The translations under genes and the position numbers were made by a program. From the NCBI GenBank assembly GCA_963664405.1, contig OY761158.1, positions 2,976,001 through 3,040,000 of the forward strand: DNA of 64,000 nt. Reading direction: 5' to 3'. This DNA comes from Thermoanaerobaculia bacterium (lineage in GTDB: Bacteria; Acidobacteriota; Thermoanaerobaculia; Multivoradales; Multivoraceae). The notes under the pieces are model-generated. The model was not told the origin of the DNA. It worked only from the letters and a program-made list of their open reading frames with translations, and did not search any database. Position 1 is the first letter of the stretch; each line of letters begins with the position of its first letter. Below are positions 18,154 to 27,905 of the stretch, one piece after another.

Positions 18154-19531
18154 GAGTTTCGCACCCAAAACCCGGCGGGGCGCCCGGTCCGACTGGCTGG
18201 TCTTGCTCGGCTTCATTTTGCTGCTCTCTTCGCTTGCTCCGGTGTTGGGGCAACCGCCCCCCTCGCCTGAGCAGGTCCCTGACGAAGCCGTTCAGCAGGA
18301 GATCGACGAGGCTCTGGATGAGATCAGCGAGGAGATCGAAGAGAGTCTGAGACTCAGTGAGGAGGCAGTCGAAGAGATCAGCTCGGAGAGGGAACGGGTC
18401 CGCGAGATCCGCGAGCGTGTCCGTCGCCGCCTTCGCGAGGCGCCCAGTCGCTCAGACTCGAAAGTGGCGTTTGGCAGCAGCATTCACATCGAAAGCGACG
18501 AAGTAGGCCAAGACCTGGTCGCAATCGGTGGCAGCATCCGAGTCGACGGCGACATCTATGGCGATGCGATAGCTGTGGGCGGGTCGATACGGGTCGACGG
18601 CAGTGTCACCGGCGACGTCGTCGCTGTGGGTGGCGGCGTCAAGCTCGGCGCCGAGGCGGAGGTGCTTGGCGAAGTGACCTCGGTGGGCGGGCGAGTCGAC
18701 CTCGCCGAGGGCGCCAGGGTCCACGGCAGCGTCAATGAGGTCTCGATTGGCAAGTCTATATTCCCCCTGAATTTCGGCGATGAAGATCTTGGCATAGGAG
18801 TGGACGACGGAGAGCACCATTGGAGCATGTCTCCGTTCGGTTTCAGTCGCTGGGTCGGGCTGGGTTGGAGCCTGAGCGGACTCGTGCTCCTCATTCTGCT
18901 CACCTCTCTGGTGCAGTTGATCGGCGCCGGCACGGTTGAGCGCGTGCGACTCAAGGCGGTGGCCTCTCCCTGGGCCTCTGGTCTCGTGGGTCTTGCCATC
19001 CAGGTCCTGTTCGTGCCCACGCTGGTTGTGGTCTGCCTGATCCTGACCATTTCGATCGTAGGCATCCCCCTCTTATTCTTGCTGCCCTTTGTCGTCCTGG
19101 CGTTTCTGATCGCCTTTCTGGTCGGCTACACCGGCTCGGCGATGGCAGTGGGCCGATGGGCAGAGGCTCGTTTTAACTGGGGATCGTCGGGGTCGTTTCT
19201 CGTGCTGCTCTCGGGCGTGCTTCTTATTCGGGTTCTCTCCTTCGTCGGCAAGATCTTCGAGTCTCTCTCCGGCTTCTTGTGGATCTTCGCGCTGATGTTT
19301 GGGATCGTCGGCTTCCTCGTCCGCTATGCGGCATGGACCGTCGGCCTCGGCGCGGTGTTTTTGAGCAGCCTCCGCGGTGGAAACGCGTTGTCGGTGCCAC
19401 AGATTGAGGCTCCTGAGCCGCTGCTACCGCCGCTGCCGGAGGAGCCGGCTCCCGACTCGGGAATCGGCGATGCCGAGCTAAACTCAGAGCGCGATGAGGC
19501 GGCGCGGAAAAATGACGAGGAGGGCGCCTAA
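18137..19531 (+). CDS. Membrane protein with bactofilin/polymer-forming-like beta-helix repeats
   Basis: Signal peptide, acidic coiled coil, repeated (D)xVA(I/V)GGSIRVDG units, multi-TM C-terminus. Confidence 0.75.
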   Translation: MWKRRRSFAPKTRRGARSDWLVLLGFILLLSSLAPVLGQPPPSPEQVPDEAVQQEIDEALDEISEEIEESLRLSEEAVEEISSERERVREIRERVRRRLREAPSRSDSKVAFGSSIHIESDEVGQDLVAIGGSIRVDGDIYGDAIAVGGSIRVDGSVTGDVVAVGGGVKLGAEAEVLGEVTSVGGRVDLAEGARVHGSVNEVSIGKSIFPLNFGDEDLGIGVDDGEHHWSMSPFGFSRWVGLGWSLSGLVLLILLTSLVQLIGAGTVERVRLKAVASPWASGLVGLAIQVLFVPTLVVVCLILTISIVGIPLLFLLPFVVLAFLIAFLVGYTGSAMAVGRWAEARFNWGSSGSFLVLLSGVLLIRVLSFVGKIFESLSGFLWIFALMFGIVGFLVRYAAWTVGLGAVFLSSLRGGNALSVPQIEAPEPLLPPLPEEPAPDSGIGDAELNSERDEAARKNDEEGA

Positions 19532-19553
19532 GAAAAGCGCCCGGAGGCAGCGG

Positions 19554-20414
19554 CTAGCGACCCCCGTGCCGTACCAGCTCATATCGAACGTCGAGAGGCG
19601 CTTCGCTCTCTTCCCCGACCCGGACGCGCCCGTCCTCGACCAGAGCCTGGAGATGAGCCAACAGGGACCATCCGGCAGCGGTGTGTAGCTTCTTGTCGAC
19701 GTCGGCATAGATGTGGGAAACCATCTCGGGAATCCGGTCGAGGCCGGTCTCGAGTGCTTCGATGGCTTGCCGGGTACGCTCTACGCGATGGTTGTATAGC
19801 TCGTCGATGCGCTCCAGTGGATTGTCGATCGGCAGCCCGTGGGCGGGGTACATGCGCGCGAAGCTGAAGGAGCGGAGCTTGTCGAGAGACGCCAGGTAGT
19901 CGTTGAGGCTGCCCCCTGGCGGTGCGATCACCGACGTGGACCATCCCATGACATGGTCGCCACTCAACAAGGTGCTCTCCTCTCGTAACAGGTAGGAGAT
20001 GTGGTCTTCGGCGTGTCCCGGGGTATGGATTGCCTCGAGGGTCACCCCGTCAGCGTGTAGGAGCTCGGCATCACGGACCTTCTTCTGAGGTCGGTAGTCG
20101 CCACAGTCGGCGAAGCCGAGTGTTGGAGCTCCGTAGTGCGCGGCGAGACGGGGAGCCAACGGCCAGTGGTCCTGGTGATGGTGGGTCGGAATGATCGCCA
20201 ATACCTTGGCCGCGCCTACGGCATCGACGAGGTTGTCGAAGTGATCGTCGCCGTCGGGCCCCGGATCGAGGATGAAAATCTCCCGCTCGCCAACCAGATG
20301 GGTGTTGGTACCGACGCCGGTGAAGATCGATGGGTTGTCCTGAGTGATACGTCGCACTCGTGCCGAGAGTCGGACCACCTCTCCTGCAGCCGGCATCTGT
20401 CGTGAGCTTGCCAT
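19554..20414 (-). CDS. MBL-fold metallo-hydrolase (LACTB2-like)
   Basis: THHHQDH, HTPGHAEDH, SGDHVMG, PAHG, C-terminal winged helix. Confidence 0.9.
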   Translation of the reverse strand: MASSRQMPAAGEVVRLSARVRRITQDNPSIFTGVGTNTHLVGEREIFILDPGPDGDDHFDNLVDAVGAAKVLAIIPTHHHQDHWPLAPRLAAHYGAPTLGFADCGDYRPQKKVRDAELLHADGVTLEAIHTPGHAEDHISYLLREESTLLSGDHVMGWSTSVIAPPGGSLNDYLASLDKLRSFSFARMYPAHGLPIDNPLERIDELYNHRVERTRQAIEALETGLDRIPEMVSHIYADVDKKLHTAAGWSLLAHLQALVEDGRVRVGEESEAPLDVRYELVRHGGR

Positions 20415-21238
20415 TACCCGGCTGCCTCCTCGTCCCAGCCGTCGTCCCCCGGCAAGACGGCCTGGAGTCCGCCTTCACGGTGCACCATGCGAGGCTGAAT
20501 AGTTTCGATCTCGCGCCGCCGGAGTCCCGCCGCCTCGGCCTTACCGGTCGAGGAGAAATCGCTAAGCGTCATTAGGTTGCGCAAGGTGGGAAAGATGATG
20601 TTCCACTCCTTTCGCTCAGCCTTGGCGAGCGCCTCTTTGGGCGTCACCCAGGCGGAGTCGGTCAGCTCGCCGTCGTCGGGCCTTGCGGCCTGGCTCTGGG
20701 GCATTGTGGCAAGAAAGAAGCGGGTGTCGAAGCGTATCGGTGATTTCTCCGGTGTTATCCAGTGAGCCCAGTAGTGCATGCGATCGCTGGCAAGCTTCCA
20801 GCTCTCCTTGGCGGCGAGCTCGAGGAAGTCGACCCTTCCCCCGTTCAGAGCCTGGCGTTGATCGTCGAGTCTGGCGGCGGTTGCGGGCTCCGCCGCGTCG
20901 AGCAGCCGACCCTCGCCGTCATAGGCGAGTAGTACTCCGGCCTCTTCGAAGCACTCTCGTATGGCGGCCACGTAGTAGGCGAGCCCACCACTCTCGAGAT
21001 GCAGACGACTCGAAGCCTGCCGATCGTCGAGGCCGATACAGAGCTCTTCGGCGTGACTGTCCTCAGGGTCGACTCTGCCACCTGGAAAGACGTGTGCCCC
21101 GCCGACAAATCTAGACTTTCTGTGGCGCTCGATCATGAAGACTTGCGGCCCCTCATCGCTATCGCGCAGCAGGATGACCGTAGCCGCGCTACGCGCCTCC
21201 GCGGCCTCCTCCCCGGCGTCAGTTTCAACGGAGGTCAA
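20414..21238 (-). CDS. NUDIX hydrolase (NUDT19-like)
   Basis: AATVILLRD, VFPGGRVD, AAIRECFEEAG, WITP…RFDTRFF, IFPT. Confidence 0.9.
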   Translation of the reverse strand: MTSVETDAGEEAAEARSAATVILLRDSDEGPQVFMIERHRKSRFVGGAHVFPGGRVDPEDSHAEELCIGLDDRQASSRLHLESGGLAYYVAAIRECFEEAGVLLAYDGEGRLLDAAEPATAARLDDQRQALNGGRVDFLELAAKESWKLASDRMHYWAHWITPEKSPIRFDTRFFLATMPQSQAARPDDGELTDSAWVTPKEALAKAERKEWNIIFPTLRNLMTLSDFSSTGKAEAAGLRRREIETIQPRMVHREGGLQAVLPGDDGWDEEAAG

Positions 21239-22545
21239 AATCGTGAGCTCCCGGCCCGAAGCCCGTCGAGCTCCTCGAGCGTGGCGTCCGAGGCTGGCCG
21301 GACTCCCTGAAGCCGTTGAGCCGTCCTTTCGGTAGCGCGCATCGCGCGCAGCACATTGAGACCGCAGACCTTCTTCACTTCGTTGGCGGTGAAGCCTCGA
21401 GACAGAAGCTCGGCCAACAGGTCGGGCATGCGTGTAACGTCTTCGAGACCGCGAGGCACTGAGGTGATGCCGTCGAAATCCGAACCGATACCGATGTGGT
21501 CGATGCCTGCTACGTGGCGGATGTGCTCGATGTGATCGGCGACGTCGTCCAGGCTTGCGGCCATGGGCGGGTGTTTGGCCCTGAAGCGCTGTAGAGCCTC
21601 CTCGATCGCCTGCGAGTCCCCAGGGTGCATCTGAAGCAGTCTCTCTTGTTCCACACTCAGGGCTTCGGAGACCTGTCTGACCGCGTTGTTCACATAGTTC
21701 GGAACGAAAGTGACCATGACGACGCCGCCGTTCGCGGGCAGACGCCGCAGCACCTGATCGGGTACGTTGCGGGGGTGTGGAGTAACCGCGTAGGCCGAGG
21801 AGTGAGAGAAGATGACGGGGCTCTCGCTCACGTCGAGAGCGTCGTTCATGGTTTCGGCCGAGACGTGCGAGAGATCTACGAGCATGCCGATGCGGTTCAT
21901 TTCCCGAACGACCTCTTTGCCGAAAGAGCTGAGACCTCCGACCGCCGCGTCGTCGGTCGCCGAATCGGCCCAGGCGATGTTCTGCGAGTGGGTTAGCGTC
22001 ATATAGCGAGCACCTGCTCGAAAGAGCTGACGCAGCACCGCTAGGGAGCTTTCGATCGAGTGGCCGCCCTCCATGCCGATGAGCGAGGCCAGTTTGCCGT
22101 TACCGTGGATGCGCTCTACATCGTCGGCTGAAAACGCGAGCTCGAGCGAGTCGGGGTACTTCGCCGCCAAGCGATAGACCACGTCGATCTGTTCGAGGAC
22201 GCTTCGCGCGGCCCCCGGACCATCGAGATCGGCCGGAATGTAGACAGACCAGAATTGTCCGCCGATGCCGGATCGCTCGAGACGGCGAAGGTCGGTGTGC
22301 ATCGGCGGCTCGAGGTCGGTCGTGTTGCGGAAGTCGATGCGCTCGAGATGGTTGCCGACCCTCGTTCGGTACTGCCACGGGACATCGTTGTGGCCGTCGA
22401 TGAGTGGCACCTCGGCGAGGATCTCACGCACCAGCCGAAGCTCCTCGGCGCGATCTTCGCTCCCCCACGCGCTGCCCGCCAGAGTAACCGCGATGGCGCC
22501 TAGAAAGATCCGCCATCGGTGCTTTGATGTCGAGCTCTGCTGCAT
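21235..22545 (-). CDS. Secreted membrane dipeptidase (peptidase M19)
   Basis: LIDGHND, QFWSVY, GMEGGH, YMTLTH, VDLSH, IFSHS, GIGSDFDG; signal peptide. Confidence 0.93.
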   Translation of the reverse strand: MQQSSTSKHRWRIFLGAIAVTLAGSAWGSEDRAEELRLVREILAEVPLIDGHNDVPWQYRTRVGNHLERIDFRNTTDLEPPMHTDLRRLERSGIGGQFWSVYIPADLDGPGAARSVLEQIDVVYRLAAKYPDSLELAFSADDVERIHGNGKLASLIGMEGGHSIESSLAVLRQLFRAGARYMTLTHSQNIAWADSATDDAAVGGLSSFGKEVVREMNRIGMLVDLSHVSAETMNDALDVSESPVIFSHSSAYAVTPHPRNVPDQVLRRLPANGGVVMVTFVPNYVNNAVRQVSEALSVEQERLLQMHPGDSQAIEEALQRFRAKHPPMAASLDDVADHIEHIRHVAGIDHIGIGSDFDGITSVPRGLEDVTRMPDLLAELLSRGFTANEVKKVCGLNVLRAMRATERTAQRLQGVRPASDATLEELDGLRAGSSRF

Positions 22546-22623
22546 GCGCGTCTCGCGAGACTCGGCCGATCTTAGCGTACGCCCGACCCGGTCAGACGCC
22601 CGGCCTCTGCTACTCTCTGGGCG

Positions 22624-23349
22624 GTGCGGACGCTGGGTATCGTCGGTTTCGGTAGCTTCGGTCGTTTCATGGCCCAGCATCTGCGACCTCACCTCGAGGT
22701 CGTTGTCTACGACTGCCTCGAGGTGGCTGATCTGGCGACAGAGGTCGGCGTTCGTAGCGCTTCTCTGGTCGAGGTTGCCGCGAGTGAGATCCTGGTGCTG
22801 GCGGTACCGGTGCAGAATATGGAGGAAGTTCTCGCTGAGCTGTCCGCCATGCCGAAGCTCCCCGAGCTTGTCCTCGACGTGGGGTCGGTCAAGGTCAAAC
22901 CTCTCGAGCTGATGCCGCGATACCTACCGGAAGAGGTCGAGATCGTCGGCACCCATCCGATGTTCGGGCCCCAGAGTGGGCGGGATGGGATTGCTGGGCT
23001 CAAGATCGTTCTGTGCCCGGCTCGTTGTAGCCGGCTCGATGAGATCCGTTCTTTTCTGGAGCGAAAGCTGCAGCTCGAGGTCCTGGAGCTGACACCGGCG
23101 CAGCACGATGCCGAGATCGCCTACGTCCAGGGGCTGACCCATTGGATCGCCAAGGCACTGAGAGAGATCAACCTCCCAGACCCCCGCCTGGCGACGCCGG
23201 CCTACCTCCACCTCCTCAAGATCGAAGAGATCTTGAGAGAAGACTCACCAGCCCTCTTTCGCACCATCCAGGAGATGAATCCGTTTATCGCTCAGGCGCG
23301 AGAGGAGCTGTTGGCGAAGCTCGAGGAGCTGCAGGGTGGAGAGGAGTGA
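22624..23349 (+). CDS. tyrA: Prephenate/arogenate dehydrogenase
   Basis: GIVGFGSFG, DVGSVK, THPMFGP, HDAEIAYVQGLTH. Confidence 0.88.
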   Translation: MRTLGIVGFGSFGRFMAQHLRPHLEVVVYDCLEVADLATEVGVRSASLVEVAASEILVLAVPVQNMEEVLAELSAMPKLPELVLDVGSVKVKPLELMPRYLPEEVEIVGTHPMFGPQSGRDGIAGLKIVLCPARCSRLDEIRSFLERKLQLEVLELTPAQHDAEIAYVQGLTHWIAKALREINLPDPRLATPAYLHLLKIEEILREDSPALFRTIQEMNPFIAQAREELLAKLEELQGGEE

Positions 23350-23635
23350 GAGAGTAAGAGAGTGAGGAGTAGGGAGTAGGGAGTGAAACAGTTGCGGTGG
23401 GCAGAGTGCAGCCGCGGCTGTGTCGGTTGGAAACGGCGGCACCTGAGTGCAGCGAACGAAAGAGCCTAAAACGGCTCGGGGGGGCTCCGATAGGCCCTAC
23501 CCTCTGATCTTCGAGGACCTCCGTTCACTCCTCACTCCTCACTCTCCCACTCCTCACTCTCTTACTCTCCTACTCCTTACTCTTTTACTCTTTTACTCTT
23601 TTACTCTTTCACTCTTTCACTCTCTTACTCTCCCC
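23343..23635. repeat. Two inverted arrays of 7-8 nt short tandem repeats (GAGT/ACTC core)
   Basis: 23343-23388 GAGTGAGAGAGTAAGAGAGTGAGGAGTAGGGAGTAGGGAGTG; 23525-23635 (TCACTCC/TTACTCTT)n. Confidence 0.8.
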
Positions 23636-24540
23636 TCGAGGCTCGCGAGGACGAGCACCAGCCCGATACCGGCTACAGCCAGCAAAACGGGCGTCAGAAC
23701 GTCCGTCCCTGGGAGGGGGAGAATGTTCACTTGGATCATTGGAACGCTCTCGCCATGGCGATCGAGCATGTACTCGGTAGTTTCTTTCCAGGGCCAGACC
23801 TTGCGCAGGCTTCCGGCCATGAGGCCGAGGAGGATGGAGACCGTGAGGTCGTGAAAACGGCGTAGTAGCCAGCTGAGCAAACGGACGAAGCTGAGCAGGC
23901 CGAGGCCCGCGCCGAAAGAGAAGAAGATCAGCGGTCCGAGCTCGCGATCACTGACCGCGGCCAAGATGTCTCGATATTTGCCCATCAGGACAAGGATGAA
24001 CGAGCCCGAGATGCCTGGGAGCATCATTGCGCAGATCGCGATCGCGCCGCTGAGGACCAGGAACCAGTTGGCGTCGGGGGTGGTGACCGGCACCAAGCCG
24101 ACAATCAACCAGGCGGCGATCGCTCCGAGCAGCGCGGCGACTGCGCATCGCGGGGGAAAGCCGGGGAGACGCCTGCGAACGGTGAAGATCGATGCGATGA
24201 CGAGGCCGAAGAAGAAAGCCCAGAGTCTCGCGGGCTGATTCTCCAGAGCCCATTCGAGGAAGGGCGCCAGCGAAAAGACGGCGAGCAGAATGCCGCTGAG
24301 CACGGACAGGAGAAAGCGCCAGGAAACGTCTTCTAGGGCCTCACGAATACGAAAGGAGAGCAGATGTCTCCAGAACGGGGGCTCGGTGAAGCGCTTGGTC
24401 GCATCGATCAGCTCCTCGTAGATGCCGAGGATGAAGGCCATGGTCCCGCCCGAGACCCCAGGCACCACGTCCGCCGCACCCATCGCGAAGCCCCGCGCGA
24501 CGAGACCGATCCAGTCTCCGACGGTTCGCCTCGACGTCAT
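23617..24540 (-). CDS. DUF368 family membrane protein (undecaprenyl-phosphate translocase family)
   Basis: GFAMGAADVVPGVSGGTMAFILGIYE, AMMLPGISGS, GSLRKVWPW. Confidence 0.93.
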   Translation of the reverse strand: MTSRRTVGDWIGLVARGFAMGAADVVPGVSGGTMAFILGIYEELIDATKRFTEPPFWRHLLSFRIREALEDVSWRFLLSVLSGILLAVFSLAPFLEWALENQPARLWAFFFGLVIASIFTVRRRLPGFPPRCAVAALLGAIAAWLIVGLVPVTTPDANWFLVLSGAIAICAMMLPGISGSFILVLMGKYRDILAAVSDRELGPLIFFSFGAGLGLLSFVRLLSWLLRRFHDLTVSILLGLMAGSLRKVWPWKETTEYMLDRHGESVPMIQVNILPLPGTDVLTPVLLAVAGIGLVLVLASLEGRVRE

Positions 24541-25451
24541 GCCGAGGGCGTAGCGACGAAACGCTCGCTCAACGCGGTGACGAGCTCGTACTTCTCGGCC
24601 ACCTCGTGCAGCGGATGGTCCTCGCGAAAGCACTGTTTGTCGAGCTGCCGCGTTGGGTCTGCCCCCGGCCAGATGCGCCAACTGTCGTTGTCGATGACGT
24701 CGGCGACCACTAAGACTCCGTCGCTCTTGCGCCGCCCCACTTCGATCTTCATATCGACCAGCGCGACCGGACCGTCTGCTGTCTCGATCGCGGCCCAGGC
24801 CTGCTCGAGCACCTCGAAGGTCGGCGCCATGATCTCCTCTTCGACGCGGACCACTTCAGCCGCATCCAGAACCGCCGTCGTCTCCATCAGCGGTGTCGCT
24901 CCCGCAAGAGGGGCGTGTGCGGAATATAGAAACCATCGACCGCCGTCGATCTGAACCAGCGGGTCGGTGTGTACGCCCGGTTGCCACTTGCCGTCGTGGA
25001 GATAGAGCTTGCGAGCCTCGCCCTCTTCCATTTGGATTGGAGTCTCGACCAAAGGGGGCATGACGACCGCGTGTTTGTGGAAAAGCTCCTGCCGAACCTC
25101 GTCGAAGCGGAGAGGCCGCTCGCGGGCGTTCGCAAGCTCGGGCTCGCGCTGGAGAAAGCTGCCGTAGGCGTAGCGTCGGCTCACCAACTCCAGCGGCAGC
25201 ATGTCGCACTCGTGACAGACGATGCTGCGCTCGTCCAGGGGTCGGATGAAGGATGTGGGTATGCCGTGACTCTCTAGAAGCCGGAAGACGTTGCTGGTCT
25301 GGGTGGTTTTCGAGGCAGCGATGCCTTGAATCGTCTCGCGCTTGGCAGCGTCACCTCCGGTGAGCTCGTCCTTGGTCTCGAGAATGACTTCTCCGTCCTT
25401 CTCTCCTCTGCGGATGACCTTCGTCTTGCCTTCGATGATTGTTGATGTCAT
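24537..25451 (-). CDS. purC: SAICAR synthetase
   Basis: EGKTK, KDELTGGDA, MLPLELVSRRYAYGSF, VDMKIEVG, ADVIDNDSWRIW, LDKQCFR. Confidence 0.85.
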   Translation of the reverse strand: MTSTIIEGKTKVIRRGEKDGEVILETKDELTGGDAAKRETIQGIAASKTTQTSNVFRLLESHGIPTSFIRPLDERSIVCHECDMLPLELVSRRYAYGSFLQREPELANARERPLRFDEVRQELFHKHAVVMPPLVETPIQMEEGEARKLYLHDGKWQPGVHTDPLVQIDGGRWFLYSAHAPLAGATPLMETTAVLDAAEVVRVEEEIMAPTFEVLEQAWAAIETADGPVALVDMKIEVGRRKSDGVLVVADVIDNDSWRIWPGADPTRQLDKQCFREDHPLHEVAEKYELVTALSERFVATPSA

Positions 25452-27139
25452 TGCCGTTGTCTTTCTCTGTGATTCTGAGTTCGGTCTTCGTTCTGTTCGC
25501 TCAGCAGGTCGAGGCGGTCGGTGACGCTCATTGCGAGACCGGCATCGGTGGTATTGCGAAGCACGTCCTCCATGAGGGCGATCGCCTCTTCGGTTCTGCC
25601 CTGGCGGAGGAGCCTTTCGGCGGCAGCGACGTCGGCTTGCAGCAGTGCTTCAGAGGCCCTCTCGACCCAGATCGGCTCGGCGATCTCGGAGAGAGGCCCG
25701 GCGATGAGGTCTTCGGCATCTTGTCTTCGGCCTAGTCTTGCAGACAGGACGGCGAGATTGTAAATCACGTCAGGCCGGGTCGCGAGCTTTTCGTACGCGG
25801 TGCGCAGCGCCCTCAATCCCTCGGTCGAAGGATCGGGATCGGCGACGTAGGTGGCTCCCAGGCCGGCCCAGGCCTCGCCGAAGCCGGACTCGCGGCGAAG
25901 ACTCTCGCGATAGTGGACCCGGGCCTCCTCGATCAGTGCGAGACCGTCGCCCGCCCAACGCTCAGCGCTCGGCCAGGTTCCCACGATGCGAGCCAGACTG
26001 TTCGCTCGAAGAAAATGCAGTAGATAGTCATCGGCACCGAGCTCCGCCGCCCGCTCGAAGTGGTAACTGGCGCTCTGGTGGTCTCCTTCGAGAGCGTCGA
26101 GGTAACCCTGGGCCGTGAACGAGGGGGCATGATGCGGGTCGATACGCAACGCCGCGTCTACGTGCCGCTGTGCCTCGTCGACGCGAGCCGGGGTCTGATG
26201 TGCGAGTAGCCAGCCCAAATGGAAGAGAGTGTCGGATCTCGACAGAGGCGTTACCTGCAACAGATCGCCGGCAGGAGCCTCGACCGGAGCGCTCAGGGGC
26301 TCGACGGCCGCATCTTGAAGGTGCTGGCTGATCTTGCGCTCTAGGGTGCGATAGGAAGCTCCGAAAGCGAGATCGAACGCCTCCAGCGGCTCAACGCCTT
26401 GTTCCAACAGAGCGAGGTAGGACGCGAGCTCGGCGCGGGGCTCCTCACCGCCGAGCAGAAGGTAGTGGACCAGTGCCCAGGATTGTGCGTAGAAGCCTGG
26501 GTTCTTGCGACGATCGTTGTAGGTATGAGAGGTAGTCTCCGTTTCGAGTAGGCGTCGTAGAGGTATCGCGGGCTGCTGGCGCAGCCACACCAGGTGACTG
26601 TCGATCACCTGACCGATCCGTGCCTCTTCCGCGCCCGAATCGAAGGTGCTGTAGAACTCGGCGAGACCTTCGTTGAGCCAGAGCGGAGCCTGCGGGAGAT
26701 TCTCGCGGAGAAATCCGTGGATGTACTCGTGCAGAATGACTCCGCGGCGGCCGGTCTGTGGATCACTGTGAACCGCGACGAAACCGGCGTGGGGATGAGC
26801 GATGAAGAAGCCGGCTACTGCCGCCGGTCGGCCGTTCGAGCGCGGCTTATAGGGAGCGAAGGTGGCGCGATCTCGAAACACGAAGATCGAGGTGGGGAGC
26901 GAGGAAGCGAGCGGTCTCGCCGGGTTGAGACCTTCGAGCACGGAGTGGAGGAGCTCGAGCCTGTAGGCGAGGTCGGAGAGAACCGAGGGCTCGGCGTTGC
27001 TGTAGAAAGTAAAACCGGGGCTATCGGCACGAATCCAGGACTCGGTGGAGTCAGGGATGGCGGCCAGGCTGCCTGGCGCGAACAGCGCGGCGGCAAGGGC
27101 TAAGCACTTCCCGAGACGGGGACTCGTCGCTGTCTTCAT
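25448..27139 (-). CDS. Secreted gluzincin-like (DUF1570-type) protein with TPR repeats
   Basis: Signal peptide; LHEYIH…PLWLNEGLAE; FYAQSWALVHYL; C-terminal TPR-like helices. Confidence 0.75.
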   Translation of the reverse strand: MKTATSPRLGKCLALAAALFAPGSLAAIPDSTESWIRADSPGFTFYSNAEPSVLSDLAYRLELLHSVLEGLNPARPLASSLPTSIFVFRDRATFAPYKPRSNGRPAAVAGFFIAHPHAGFVAVHSDPQTGRRGVILHEYIHGFLRENLPQAPLWLNEGLAEFYSTFDSGAEEARIGQVIDSHLVWLRQQPAIPLRRLLETETTSHTYNDRRKNPGFYAQSWALVHYLLLGGEEPRAELASYLALLEQGVEPLEAFDLAFGASYRTLERKISQHLQDAAVEPLSAPVEAPAGDLLQVTPLSRSDTLFHLGWLLAHQTPARVDEAQRHVDAALRIDPHHAPSFTAQGYLDALEGDHQSASYHFERAAELGADDYLLHFLRANSLARIVGTWPSAERWAGDGLALIEEARVHYRESLRRESGFGEAWAGLGATYVADPDPSTEGLRALRTAYEKLATRPDVIYNLAVLSARLGRRQDAEDLIAGPLSEIAEPIWVERASEALLQADVAAAERLLRQGRTEEAIALMEDVLRNTTDAGLAMSVTDRLDLLSEQNEDRTQNHRERQRQ

Positions 27140-27142
27140 TCT

Positions 27143-27895
27143 TCAGGCTGACCCGGGGCGCGCTGGCCGCGACATCGCTTGGAGCATTTCTCGAACTGCC
27201 TCGCTCATGCCGACGAGCACAGCCCGAGAGATGATGGAGTGACCGATGTTCAGCTCCTCGATCGGAGTGAGGGACGAGACCGCGGCAACATTGCCTGTGG
27301 TGAGACCGTGACCCGCGTAGACGGCGTAGCCGCGGTCTGCACCCAGAGCCGCCGCATCGCTGAGCTTCGCCAGCTCGGCGTCGACGTCACTGCCCCTGGC
27401 GCGGCTGTAAGCGTCGGTATTGAGCTCGAACCCCGGCACCAGACTCGGCGCGAGCTCCGAGAGGGCGTCGATTTGCGCCGGGTCGGGATCGAGGAAGAGC
27501 GAGACCATGATGCCTGCCCGCCCCAGCTCTTCGGCGACCTCTCTGACCCGCGACGCTTGCGCCCGGAGGTCGAGCCCTCCCTCGGTGGTGACCTCTTCCG
27601 GTCTCTCTGGAACCAGCGTAACCTGCTCGGGGCGTATCGCCATGGCGACGGCGACCATCTCGGCCGCGGTAGACATTTCGAGGTTCACCTTGCCGCGTAC
27701 CTGCGTGTGCAGGGCCTCGACATCTCGCTCCTGGATGTGTCTCCGGTCGACCCTGAGATGGACCGTGATCCCCGAGGCGCCGGCGGCTTCCGCCATCGCA
27801 GCACCTTCGAGAGGATCGGGATAGCCAACCCCGCGTGCCTGGCGCAGAGTTGCCACGTGGTCGACGTTCACGCTCAGCCGGGTGCTCTTCGACAT
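27143..27895 (-). CDS. pdxJ: Pyridoxine 5'-phosphate synthase
   Basis: LSVNVDHVATLRQAR, ITVHLRVDRRHIQ, TTEGGLD, AGHGL, ELNIGHSII. Confidence 0.96.
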   Translation of the reverse strand: MSKSTRLSVNVDHVATLRQARGVGYPDPLEGAAMAEAAGASGITVHLRVDRRHIQERDVEALHTQVRGKVNLEMSTAAEMVAVAMAIRPEQVTLVPERPEEVTTEGGLDLRAQASRVREVAEELGRAGIMVSLFLDPDPAQIDALSELAPSLVPGFELNTDAYSRARGSDVDAELAKLSDAAALGADRGYAVYAGHGLTTGNVAAVSSLTPIEELNIGHSIISRAVLVGMSEAVREMLQAMSRPARPGSA

Positions 27896-27905
27896 CGACT
27901 CGATC

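Noticed and set aside
19554-21238. Coupled NUDIX-MBL pair as a defence or signalling system
   Set aside because: This pair is common and often fused; there is no defence-island context.
23343-23635. Repeat arrays here and at 50283-50402 considered as CRISPR
   Set aside because: Units are 7-12 nt with no unique spacers, and no cas genes are present.
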